Assembly: GCA_016209595.1 (NCBI GenBank)
Contig: JACQVV010000046.1
Location: forward strand, 1-58,943
Length of the DNA: 58,943 nt
Reading direction: 5' to 3'
DNA from: Planctomycetota bacterium
GTDB lineage: Bacteria; Planctomycetota; JACQVV01
Part shown: one piece after another, positions 8,851 to 17,948 of the stretch
Layout: each line of letters begins with the position of its first letter
How positions within the stretch are numbered: the first letter of the stretch is position 1
The notes under the pieces: generated by a model
Told to the model about the DNA's origin: nothing
The model's input: the letters and a program-made list of their open reading frames with translations, nothing else
Databases searched by the model: none
Program-made: the position numbers and the translations under genes

Positions 8851-9666
8851 TTGTTCCGCGACGAAGCGCTCGTCCTCCGGCGCCACGACTGGTCCGAGTC
8901 GAGCCAGATCGCGAACCTCCTGACCCGCGAGCACGGAAAACGTTCCGTGCTCGCCAAGGGCTCCCGGCGAGAGCGGCTGAAGGGTCAGGGCCCCCGCGGG
9001 ATCGACCTCCTCTCGCGTCTCTGGGTCACGATCTACCCGAAGCGCGGCGACGCGCTCGACCTTCTGGGAGACTGGGAGCCCCTCGACGTGGCGACCCGGA
9101 TCCGCGCCTCCCTCGAGACGCTCCTCCCCGCCCTCTACCTTGCCGAGCTCGCGGACGCTCTCACTCCGCTCGCCGATCCCGCCCCGGAGGTCTACGACGG
9201 GCTCGCCTGGTCGCTCGCCGCGCTGGGAGGCGGCGGCGGCGGGGCCTCTCCCGTGAGGCCGCGCGACTCGACCGGCCCCTTCTTCTCCGGCCTGTCGCGG
9301 ATTCTCGCGTCCCTCGGCTACTTCCATCCCCGTGCCGGGTGTGCTGCCTGCGGGCGGTCTTTCGCCGGGCACGGGCCGCTCCGGTTCGCCCCCGCCTCCG
9401 GCGGAATCCTCTGCCGGGATTGCAAGGAGGACGAACCTCGGACCGTTCCTCTCTCGGCCGGCGCGGGCGCGGTCCTCGCCGCGCTTGCCGCCGGGAACGT
9501 CGATCCCTTGCGGGTCCGGGTCTCGCGCGCCCAGGCCGCGGAGCTCTGGCGGGCGCTCTCGCGGTTCGTCTGGGAGGTCGCGGAGAAAAGGCTCCGGGCC
9601 GAAGGCGCCGTAGATCGCCTTCTCGCTCCCCGGCAAGCCCCCGCTCGCGCCGGAGCCGCGCGGTGA
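8851..9666 (+). CDS. recO: DNA repair protein RecO
   Basis: ORF 8851..9666 (TTG start). Contains FRDEALVLRRHDWSESSQIANLLTREHGKRSVLAKG (OB-fold N-terminus) and zinc motif CAACG...CRDC. Confidence 0.8.
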   Translation: MFRDEALVLRRHDWSESSQIANLLTREHGKRSVLAKGSRRERLKGQGPRGIDLLSRLWVTIYPKRGDALDLLGDWEPLDVATRIRASLETLLPALYLAELADALTPLADPAPEVYDGLAWSLAALGGGGGGASPVRPRDSTGPFFSGLSRILASLGYFHPRAGCAACGRSFAGHGPLRFAPASGGILCRDCKEDEPRTVPLSAGAGAVLAALAAGNVDPLRVRVSRAQAAELWRALSRFVWEVAEKRLRAEGAVDRLLAPRQAPARAGAAR

Positions 9667-9833
9667 TGCGAACTTCCTCGTCGCGCGGGAAGCGGCGAAT
9701 CGGCTCGGCATCGACGTGACGGTCTTCGCCGGCGGCTACGCGCGATACAAGTCCCATGGGCTTCGCCACTGCGAACCGGGTGAGTGCCCCTACGAGCACA
9801 AGCCCGTGGTGGCGTAGAGGCCCCTCAATCCGG

Positions 9834-10823
9834 GTGAATCTCGTCACTGGCGGGGGCGGCTACCTGGGTTCGCACCTCTCCCGGGCGCTCCTCGCGCGCG
9901 GCGAGCGCGTACGTGTTCTCGATGTCCAGCGCACCAGCCTCTGCCCGGAGGAGGTCGAGTTCGTCCGCGGGGACGTGCGGGACGCCGGGACCGTCCAGGG
10001 CGCGCTCCGCGGCGTCCGGCGGGTCTTCCACATCGCGTTCGTCCAGTCGCTCTCGCGGCGCCCCGAGCGGGAGAGGCGCGCGGTGAACCTCGGCGGGATG
10101 GCGAACCTTCTCGCGGCGAGCGAAACTGCCGGTGTCGAGCGGTTCGTCTTCGCCTCGACGATCGAGATCTACGGGACGAGGCCCCCCGACCCCTGCCCCG
10201 AGGACGCCCCGACCGACCGCCCCGTCGGCTGGTACGGGCGCCACAAGCTCCAGTGCGAACGGATGCTCCGGGCCGCCTGCTAGCGCGGGCTTCTCGGAAC
10301 GGCCCTCCGGATGCCCACGATCTGCGGCCGCGGGTTCTACAACCACCGGCCGCTTCTCCTCCTCATGGACCGGATCCTCGACGGCCGCCCGGTCGCTGTC
10401 GCGGGTGACGGGAGCCTGCCTGGCGACTTTGTCGCGGTCGGCGACGTCGTCCAGGCATTCCTCCTCGCCGGCGAGCGTCCCCAGGCACTCAGGGAGGCGT
10501 TCAACGTTTCGGCAAGGGAGAGCGCGAGCCACCTTGAAATCGTGCAGGCGATGATCGAAGCCACCGGTTCGCCCTCTCGGGTCCTCTGCATCCCCGCCCC
10601 CCTCGCTCGGGCCGCCCTCTGGGCCGGACGCCTTCTCCGTGTCCACGACCTCCCCGCCTGCCAGGACGGTTACCTTTTCCATCCGAACCGCTACTCGATC
10701 GAGAAAGCCCGGCGGCTTCTCGGCTATTCGCCCGCTCTTTCCGCCGCCGCCGCCGCCGCGGTCTTGATCGAGGGCTACCGGGAGGACCGTGACGCCGTCC
10801 GCCGCCGCTCGCGGGGGTACTAA
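9834..10823 (+). pseudogene. NAD-dependent epimerase/dehydratase (extended SDR) interrupted by an in-frame TAG at 10281-10283
   Basis: ORFs 9756..10283 and 10311..10823 share one frame. VNLVTGGGGYLGSHL Rossmann motif and YGRHK catalytic motif lie before the stop; the C-terminal substrate domain follows it. Confidence 0.7.
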
Positions 10824-10896
10824 ACGAAGGGGTACGAATGTGCTACGAACAAAGGCGACGCGCCGGGAACGGTCGGGAAAACCCGAATCGTCCGGG

Positions 10897-12774
10897 TCAT
10901 GTCCCGCGCTCCCAGGCGGACACCCACGCTCCGATTTCCTGGGCGTAGCGGAGGAACCCGTCGTAGAACGGGTGCCGCGCGACGGTCGAGCCGTCGCCGA
11001 CCACGACGAGCTTCTTTCGCGCCCGAGTGATCGCGACGTTCATCCGGCGGATGTCGGCGAGGAATCCGATCTCGCCCGCGTCATTCGAGCGCACGAGCGA
11101 GACGACGACCGCCTCCTTCTCCCGCCCCTGGAAGCCGTCCACGGTGTCCACCTCGAGCCCCTCGCCCTCCTCTGCGCGCAGGAGCTCCCGGAGGCTCTGG
11201 ACCTGGGCGTCGTAGGGGGAGATCACCGCGACCTCGCCGGCGGGAACGCCGAGAGCGAGGATCCGAAGGACCTCGGAGGCGACGAGCGCCGCCTCGCCGG
11301 GGTTCGCCTTCGAGTCCGAGCCCGCGTGAGCCTCCTCCTCGAAGCCGCGGCCGGCCGTGTCGACGAAGACGAGCGGCGCGCCGTCGATCGTCTGGTTCGC
11401 GACGGCCGGATGGGCGCGGAGCTTCCCGCCGTAGAGGGCCTCGGACGGGTAGCGCATGATGACCTCGTTCATCCGGTGCTGCTCGGCGAGCGTCACCATC
11501 GCCTGCTCGCCTGACGCCGCCGTGAGGCGCTCGAAGAGGGAGATGCCCAGGCCGCCCTTCTCGGCCTCGGGCGAGAGGATCGTGGGCGGGAGCTGGAGGT
11601 GGTCGCCCGCGAGCACGGCACGGTCGGCGACGAGAAGCGCGAGGTAGATCGCCGGTTCGATCGCCTGCGTCGCCTCGTCGACGACGGCGAGCGGGAAGCG
11701 CCGGCCGGCGAGGGCGCGGACCTCGAGCCCCGTGAGCGTCGCCAGGACGACTTGGGCTCGGGAAAGGACGCTCCGCTCGGCCTCGGTCTGGAGTTCGCGC
11801 GCCTCGGCGAGGAGCCGCCGGCCCTCCCGCTTCCAGTCGCGCGACTCGGCGCGGTCTCCCGGTCTGTCGCGTTCGCGGCGTCTTCGCGCGGCGCGGAAGA
11901 GCCGGAACGCCTCCCGAGCGGCCTCCTCGGCGCGGCGGGCGCTCTCGTGCTCGCGCGCGCGCTCCTCCAGCGTCCGATCGAGGACTTGAGGGAGGACACG
12001 TGCCGGGTGGCCCAGACGAACAGCGTCGACGCCCGCTTCGACGAGGCGCTCGACGAGATTGTCGACCGCGAGGTTCGAAGGGGCCGCGGCGAGGACCTGC
12101 TCCCCTCGAGCGACCGCCCGGCGGATCACCTCGACGAGGACAGTCGTCTTGCCGGTCCCGGGGGGCCCGTGGACGAGGGCGAGGTCGCGGGCGCGGTCGG
12201 CGAGGTCGAGCGCCGATTCCTGCTCGCGGTTCAGACGGGTCACAAGCCGCGGGCCGCGCGCGTGCTCCTCGAAGCGCGGCGGTTCGCCCGCGAGGAATGG
12301 GTGCCATCGTCGCGCGTCCTTCTCGTTTCGCATGCGGCGGACGGCTCCCGCGAGGCGCTCGTGCGTGACCGAGGAGGGGAGGAGCTCGAGCGCGACGCGC
12401 CCCGTTGTCGCCCACTCGGGAGGCGGCTCGTCGAAAGCGATCCCGATCCGCGTTCGGCTCCGCCGGGCGACGACGCCCCGCGGCGGCTCGTCCGGCGCCT
12501 CCCTCCGTGGCACGACCGCGACGATCGATCCGGTCCCGATCTCGGAAGCTCCGAGCTCACCCCCTCCCGCGCGCTCATACGTGACGAGGGTGCGGCCCGC
12601 CAGCGCGCTCACCTCGACCGGCTCCGCGGAAGCGATCGCGATCCCGCGCGCCTCGCGCTCGGCGAGCGAAAGACGCGCCGCCGCGACCTCGAACCGCAGG
12701 GTCTCCGCGAGACGTTCGAGATCCAGGAGCCGGGCGAGCCGGTCGAAGTGCCGGGCGAGATCGATCGAAGCCAC
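10897..12774 (-). CDS. Superfamily-1B helicase of the Upf1/IGHMBP2/DNA2-like family
   Basis: ORF 10897..12774. Motifs seen: GPPGTGKTT, VVDEATQ, LAGDHLQLPPT, QHRMN, VDGFQGREKE, NVAITRARKKLVVVGD. Confidence 0.85.
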   Translation of the reverse strand: MASIDLARHFDRLARLLDLERLAETLRFEVAAARLSLAEREARGIAIASAEPVEVSALAGRTLVTYERAGGGELGASEIGTGSIVAVVPRREAPDEPPRGVVARRSRTRIGIAFDEPPPEWATTGRVALELLPSSVTHERLAGAVRRMRNEKDARRWHPFLAGEPPRFEEHARGPRLVTRLNREQESALDLADRARDLALVHGPPGTGKTTVLVEVIRRAVARGEQVLAAAPSNLAVDNLVERLVEAGVDAVRLGHPARVLPQVLDRTLEERAREHESARRAEEAAREAFRLFRAARRRRERDRPGDRAESRDWKREGRRLLAEARELQTEAERSVLSRAQVVLATLTGLEVRALAGRRFPLAVVDEATQAIEPAIYLALLVADRAVLAGDHLQLPPTILSPEAEKGGLGISLFERLTAASGEQAMVTLAEQHRMNEVIMRYPSEALYGGKLRAHPAVANQTIDGAPLVFVDTAGRGFEEEAHAGSDSKANPGEAALVASEVLRILALGVPAGEVAVISPYDAQVQSLRELLRAEEGEGLEVDTVDGFQGREKEAVVVSLVRSNDAGEIGFLADIRRMNVAITRARKKLVVVGDGSTVARHPFYDGFLRYAQEIGAWVSAWERGT

Positions 12775-12792
12775 GTCGCTAGCCCGCCTTCC

Positions 12793-14409
12793 TCACGGTC
12801 CCTCGATCACGATCTCGATCCCTTCCTTCTTCTCCCCGGACCCGAGAGTGACCTGGACGGTCCTCCTGCCGAGAACCTCGTGCCAGGCCTCGATCTCGTA
12901 GTCGCCGGGGGCGAGGCCCTCGAGGGAGAAGGTGCCGTCCTCGTCCGTCACGGAAAAGAAGGGGTGGTCGAGGACCGCGATCCGGGCGGCCATCCAGGGA
13001 TGGATGTCGCACCGGACCTGGATCGCGATCTCCGGCTGGTGGAAGACCCAGGTCTGTCGCATGCCCCGCGCCGGTTGATCGATGTTGAACCCGCTGTTGA
13101 AGAGGGAAAAAACGTGGACGTTGTGGTGGGTATCGTCGAGGTTCACGAAGGCGACCGGCTGTCCAGTCTGGATGGCGCTCACCCGCGGGCGGAAGACGCA
13201 ATCCACCTGGTTGATCTCCACCTCCTTCTTGCATGGTTCGAAGGAGAAGCCTTCGATGCCTTCCTTCACGTGGACGACGGCGTTCTGGACCTTCCCGTCC
13301 TGCACGAGCACGGCATCGAGGCGAGGGGCTTCCCCGTGCCGCGCTGCGCACCAGGGATCGGCGCTCATGTTGAGCGCGGGGTTCTGCGGAGGAACGCCGC
13401 GGAAGAGCACGACGCCTCGGATCCTCCCGGCCTTCTCGGGAAGGACGGTGTAGAGCGGGAGGGAGGCGTCTCGCGGGGGGCGTTTCCCTCCCTCCGGGGC
13501 CTCGGGACGGAGCGCGTAGCCTGTCCCGACGACGAGCGCGACTCCCAGGGCCGCGGCCAGCCCCGCCGAAACGCGCCGGACGTTCATGAGGTGTCGCACC
13601 CCGGCCCCGGCGAGGCTCACGGCGACAAGCATCAGCCAGTGGTAGCCGCGCGTCGCGGTCGGGAAGTGGTTCGAGATCATGATGAAGATGACGGGAAACG
13701 TCATCGCGTCGTTGTGGGCGAGCCGCACCCTCGCGCTCTTCCCGCTGACCGCGTCGGGCTCGCGCCCCGCCTTCATCGCCGCGACGAGTCTCTGCTGGGC
13801 CGGGATGATCCGGAACCACACGTTCCCGGCCATGAGCGTCCCGAGCACGGCGCCCAGATGGATGTAGCCCGAGCGGCCGGTCATCGCGCGGGAGAGGCCG
13901 TAGGCGAGGAGAGCCGCGAGCGCGAGGGAGACGAGCGAGGCGAGGGGGACGCTCCTCGCGAGCGGCGAGCGCCAGAGCACGTCGTAGACGAGCCAGGCGG
14001 CCGGGAGAGTCGCGAGACCGATCGCGGCGGCCTTCCCCGCGTCCGCTGCGCCCGATCCGGGGACGACCAGAAACCCCCCCAGGACGTACACGACCCCGAG
14101 GAGGAAGACGCCCGAGAGCCAGGTGAAGAACGCCTCCCACTTGAACCAGTGGAGCGCCGCGGGCATCCGCTGCGGCGCGGCAAGGACCCTTTCCACTCGG
14201 TAGAAACCGTCGCCGTGGGCCAGCCAGAGTCCCGCCCCGGAGGAGTTCTCCCCGCCGGTGCGGCCGGGGGGGGAGGTCGCCCGATCGAGCCACAGGAAGA
14301 AGAAGGAATGCCCGATCCAGGCGATTCCGGCGACGATGTGAGCCCATCGCAGGATCAGATTCAGCCATTCGGAAACCGCCGGATCCGTCGCGGCGAGATG
14401 GAGACCCAC
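12793..14409 (-). CDS. PuuD-like integral-membrane urate hydroxylase N-domain fused to a cupredoxin (type-1 copper) domain and a CarboxypepD_reg-like beta-sandwich
   Basis: ORF 12793..14409. N-terminus EWLNLILRWAHIVAGIAWIGHSFFFLWLD plus multiple TM segments. C-terminus has DDTHHNVH...CDIHPWM (Cys-x2-His-x2-Met) and no CxxCH. Confidence 0.65.
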   Translation of the reverse strand: MGLHLAATDPAVSEWLNLILRWAHIVAGIAWIGHSFFFLWLDRATSPPGRTGGENSSGAGLWLAHGDGFYRVERVLAAPQRMPAALHWFKWEAFFTWLSGVFLLGVVYVLGGFLVVPGSGAADAGKAAAIGLATLPAAWLVYDVLWRSPLARSVPLASLVSLALAALLAYGLSRAMTGRSGYIHLGAVLGTLMAGNVWFRIIPAQQRLVAAMKAGREPDAVSGKSARVRLAHNDAMTFPVIFIMISNHFPTATRGYHWLMLVAVSLAGAGVRHLMNVRRVSAGLAAALGVALVVGTGYALRPEAPEGGKRPPRDASLPLYTVLPEKAGRIRGVVLFRGVPPQNPALNMSADPWCAARHGEAPRLDAVLVQDGKVQNAVVHVKEGIEGFSFEPCKKEVEINQVDCVFRPRVSAIQTGQPVAFVNLDDTHHNVHVFSLFNSGFNIDQPARGMRQTWVFHQPEIAIQVRCDIHPWMAARIAVLDHPFFSVTDEDGTFSLEGLAPGDYEIEAWHEVLGRRTVQVTLGSGEKKEGIEIVIEGP

Positions 14410-14422
14410 GTTTCCGGCCGAG

Positions 14423-15253
14423 CTACGACGACGGCCCGGTCTCCCGCCAGAACCTCGCGAGCAGGTTCCCGGAGACCCGGCGGCGGTACGCTGCGGTCGA
14501 GCGAAGGTCGTCGATGGGGTGGATCTCCGACTGGAGCGCGACCTGCGCTTCCTCCATGGAGCCGCCGCGGGCGAGGGCCTCCTCGGTTCGGGTCGCCCGG
14601 ACGACCGTGGGGGCGACGCTTCCGAGGGCGATCCGCGGCCTCGGGGAGCGGACCGCGGCCATGACGACCTTCGAGATCGCCTGGGCGGCCCTCGTCCCGA
14701 CCTTGCGGAACCACTGCTTCCCCTCGACGGGCCCGATCTCGACCGCGACGATGATCTCGTCGGGCCGCATCACCGTCTTCCGGTAGCCGGTGTAGAAGGA
14801 GGTGAAGGGGATGCCGCGCTCGGCGGACGCGCTCGCAAGAACGACCGTCGCTTCAGCGACCGCGAGGACGGGGAGCGAATCCCCGGCGGGGGAACCGTTC
14901 GCGATGTTTCCGCCGAGCGTGCCGCGGTTCTGGATCTGCGGGCCGCCGATCTCGCGCGCCGCGGCGGCGAGCGAGGGGATCCGGGCGGCGACGAGCGGGG
15001 ACTTCAGGATGGCGGCGTAGGGGACCGCGGCGCCGATCGAGAGAGACGCGCCCCTTTCTTCGATCCGCGTGAGCTCCGGCAGACCCCAGAGGTCGAGAAA
15101 GCGCCGCCTCTTCTCGGTCCCGAACTGGAGGCCTACGTAGACGTCGGTGCACCCCGCGATCGGGACGAGGGGTCCCTCGTCCCGGAGCATCGCGAGCGCT
15201 TCGGCGAGCGAGCCGGGCCGGAGGAGCGCGAGCGCCCGGGTCGCGGTTCTCAC
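14423..15253 (-). CDS. Xanthine dehydrogenase family, FAD-binding subunit (CoxM/XdhB-like)
   Basis: GTG start at 15253 overlaps the upstream stop (GTGA). Sequence: LLRPGSLAEALAML...PIAGCTDVYV...GTLGGNIANGSPAGD. Confidence 0.8.
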   Translation of the reverse strand: MRTATRALALLRPGSLAEALAMLRDEGPLVPIAGCTDVYVGLQFGTEKRRRFLDLWGLPELTRIEERGASLSIGAAVPYAAILKSPLVAARIPSLAAAAREIGGPQIQNRGTLGGNIANGSPAGDSLPVLAVAEATVVLASASAERGIPFTSFYTGYRKTVMRPDEIIVAVEIGPVEGKQWFRKVGTRAAQAISKVVMAAVRSPRPRIALGSVAPTVVRATRTEEALARGGSMEEAQVALQSEIHPIDDLRSTAAYRRRVSGNLLARFWRETGPSS

Positions 15254-15675
15254 TTTCCCCTCTGGACGGCCCGGTAGATCGCGGTGTAGCCGGTGCAGCG
15301 GCAGAGGTTCCCCGCGAGCCCCGCGCGGATCTCCTCGAGGGTCGCGCCTGGAGGAAGGGCAAGTGCGGCGAGAAGCATGCCGGGCGTGCAGATGCCGCAC
15401 TGGGCCGCGCCCTCTTCCGCGAACGCCCGCTGGAGAGGGTGGTTCCCGCCCAGCCCCTCGACGGTCGTCACCTTCGCGCCCCGGACATGGGCGAAAGGGA
15501 CGAGACACGAGCAGACGGGCTCGCCGGAGACGAGTACGGTGCAGGCGCCGCACTCTCCCTCGCCGCAGCCTTCCTTGGTCCCGGTGAGGCCGCACTCCTC
15601 GCGCAGGACGTCGAGGAGGCGCTTCATGGGAGGCGCCTCGACATCGGCCGGGGCGCCGTTCAGCTCGAAGCGCAT
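15250..15675 (-). CDS. Xanthine dehydrogenase family, [2Fe-2S]-binding small subunit
   Basis: ORF 15250..15675. Contains CGEGECGACTV and CGICTPGM...CRCTGY iron-sulfur motifs. Confidence 0.9.
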   Translation of the reverse strand: MRFELNGAPADVEAPPMKRLLDVLREECGLTGTKEGCGEGECGACTVLVSGEPVCSCLVPFAHVRGAKVTTVEGLGGNHPLQRAFAEEGAAQCGICTPGMLLAALALPPGATLEEIRAGLAGNLCRCTGYTAIYRAVQRGK

Positions 15676-17774
15676 CGCTCGCTCGCTTCCAGGATCCGTT
15701 CGGGCGTCGCGGGGACGTCGCGGATGTCGAGCCCCAGGTGCCGGAGGGCGGCGACGATCGCGGGGGCCGGGCCGTCCATGGGGAGCTCCCCGACGCCCTT
15801 GGCGCCGAACGGGCCATGGCGGTACGGGTGCTCGGCGATCACGACGTCGATCTCGGGGACGTCGATCGTGGTCGGGATGGTGTAGTTCGTGAGCTGACAG
15901 TTCGCCATGCCGCCGTTCGCCATGACGACCTTTTCGATCGTGGCGAAGCCGATCCCTTGCGCGGTCCCCCCCTCGATCTGCCCGGCGGCCATCCGCGGGT
16001 GGATGGCCTTGCCGATGTCGGAGACAGAGGTCATCCGGATCGGGCGGATCTCGTAGGCGTCCGGGTCGAGCTCAAGTTCCGCCACGTCGCAGGCCCAGGC
16101 GTAGGCGGCGTAGGCCTGGCCCTGGTAGGTCCGGTCGTCCCAGGCCGGTCCCGGAGGCCTCTCGTATTCCTTCGTCACCGCGAATCCGCCGTGGCGGGCG
16201 AAGTACTCGCGCGGCGAGAGCCCGCCCAGGCGCTCCTTCATCTCGGCGGCGCAGCGGGCCAGGATCCCCCCCACGACCATGCAGGTCCGGGAGGCGACGG
16301 TCGGACCGCTGTCGGGGACGGCGGACGTGTCGGGCTGCGAGGTCTCGACGTCCTCGTAGGGGACCCCGAGCGCGTCGGCGACGATCTGGGCGTGCATCGT
16401 GCGCGTCCCCTGGCCGATCTCGGTCGATGCGACGAGGACCCGTACGCCCGTCCTCGTGAGCTCCAGGGTGCATTTCGATTTGAGCCAGCTCTCGCCCGAG
16501 CCGGTGAACCCCGAGCCGTGATAGAAGAGGGCGAGCCCGATGCCGCGACGGGTCCCTTTCCACTCGCGGCGCTTGCGATGAAAGTCCGTCCTCTCGACGG
16601 CACGGGCGAGGACGTCGAGGGCAGAGCCGTCCTCCTCCACAACCTGTCCCGTCGCGGTCCGGTCCCCCGGGGCCAGCGCGTTCACCTCCCGCAGGCGGAC
16701 GGGGTCCATCCCGAGGGCCTCGGCGATCCTCTCCATGTGGACCTCCGCCGCGAAGATCGTCTGCGGGGCCCCGAAGCCCCGAAAGGCGCCGTTGGGGGGC
16801 GTGTTGGTGAAGACCACGCGCCCCGAGACCCGCAGGTTCTCGCACCGGTAGGGCCCGACCGCGTGGATCACGCCGCGCGAGAGAACGACCGCGGAAAGCG
16901 TCGCGTAGGCTCCACCGTCCATGAGGATGTCGATCTCGGTCGCGGTGAGGCTCCCGTCGCGCTTGACGCCCGTCCGGTGGCGAACGATCGACGGGTGGCG
17001 CTTCGTCGTCGCGAGCATGTCCTCCTGCCGGTCGTAGACGATCTTCACCGGCCGGCGCGCCTTGAGGGCGAGGATCGCCGCGTGTCCTGCGAGGATCGAC
17101 GGGTACTCTTCCTTCCCGCCGAACCCGCCGCCCACCTCGCAGGCGACCACGCGGACGTTCTCGCCCGGGAGGGCGAGGAGCCGCACGAGCGCCTTGTGGA
17201 CGTAGTAGGGGCACTGGATCGAGCCGTGGATCGCGATCCCGTCCCCCTCCGGGACGGCGACGACGCCGTTCGGTTCGATGTAGAGCTGCTCCTGGTGCCC
17301 CGTCGTGTACTCGCCCTCGACCACGAGATCGGCCTCGGCGAAGCCTCGCGCGAGGTCGCCCCGCTCCATCAGGATCGTCTTGAAGGCCCTCGTCGACTTC
17401 CGCGGATCGAGGAGCGGCTCGGAGCGGTCGTACTCGATCTCGTAGCGCGCCTCGAGCAACCCCTCCCTGTCCTCGTGGGCGACGAGGAGGATCGGCTCGG
17501 CGAGGTGGCGCACCTCGCTCTGGACGAGGTAGGGCTGATCGTCGTCGATCAGCTGGACGACGTTCTCTCCAGGAATGTCCCGGTAGTCCGCGACGACGAA
17601 ACCCGCCGGGTCGAAGGCGGGCTGGATGCTCCGGATCCGCCCGCAGGGGATCGTCGCGCGGATCGTCGTCCCGTGGAGCATCCCCGGAAAGGAGATGTCG
17701 TCCACGTACTTCGCCGCGCCGGCGACCTTCGCGGCGCTGTCCTTTCGGGGGACGTTTGTTCCGACGGCGCCCAT
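15660..17774 (-). CDS. Xanthine dehydrogenase family, molybdopterin-binding large subunit
   Basis: Starts at MGAVGTNVPRKDSAAKVAGAAKYVDD inside composite ORF 15660..19781. Contains VGGGFGGKE. Overlaps the next gene by 16 nt. Confidence 0.85.
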   Translation of the reverse strand: MGAVGTNVPRKDSAAKVAGAAKYVDDISFPGMLHGTTIRATIPCGRIRSIQPAFDPAGFVVADYRDIPGENVVQLIDDDQPYLVQSEVRHLAEPILLVAHEDREGLLEARYEIEYDRSEPLLDPRKSTRAFKTILMERGDLARGFAEADLVVEGEYTTGHQEQLYIEPNGVVAVPEGDGIAIHGSIQCPYYVHKALVRLLALPGENVRVVACEVGGGFGGKEEYPSILAGHAAILALKARRPVKIVYDRQEDMLATTKRHPSIVRHRTGVKRDGSLTATEIDILMDGGAYATLSAVVLSRGVIHAVGPYRCENLRVSGRVVFTNTPPNGAFRGFGAPQTIFAAEVHMERIAEALGMDPVRLREVNALAPGDRTATGQVVEEDGSALDVLARAVERTDFHRKRREWKGTRRGIGLALFYHGSGFTGSGESWLKSKCTLELTRTGVRVLVASTEIGQGTRTMHAQIVADALGVPYEDVETSQPDTSAVPDSGPTVASRTCMVVGGILARCAAEMKERLGGLSPREYFARHGGFAVTKEYERPPGPAWDDRTYQGQAYAAYAWACDVAELELDPDAYEIRPIRMTSVSDIGKAIHPRMAAGQIEGGTAQGIGFATIEKVVMANGGMANCQLTNYTIPTTIDVPEIDVVIAEHPYRHGPFGAKGVGELPMDGPAPAIVAALRHLGLDIRDVPATPERILEASERCASS

Positions 17775-17948
17775 TCTCGCACTCTCCGGAGTGGGCGACG
17801 AGGATAGCACGCGGAGCGGCGATCTGTCAGGAGGACCCTTCGCGCCGGCTCGTCCATCCCGTGCGACCCGCGGTTCTCGTGCTACCATTAGCGGTCTTGG
17901 CCTGCCGCTGGCGGCCGAGAGTTCCTCCAAGCGATCGGAGCGCGCCTC

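Noticed and set aside
10281-10283. Pyrrolysine or reassigned TAG codon
   Set aside because: TAG is used as an ordinary stop by other genes in the window (for example glnA and the HEAT-repeat gene), and no pyl genes are present. A nonsense mutation or sequencing error is more parsimonious.
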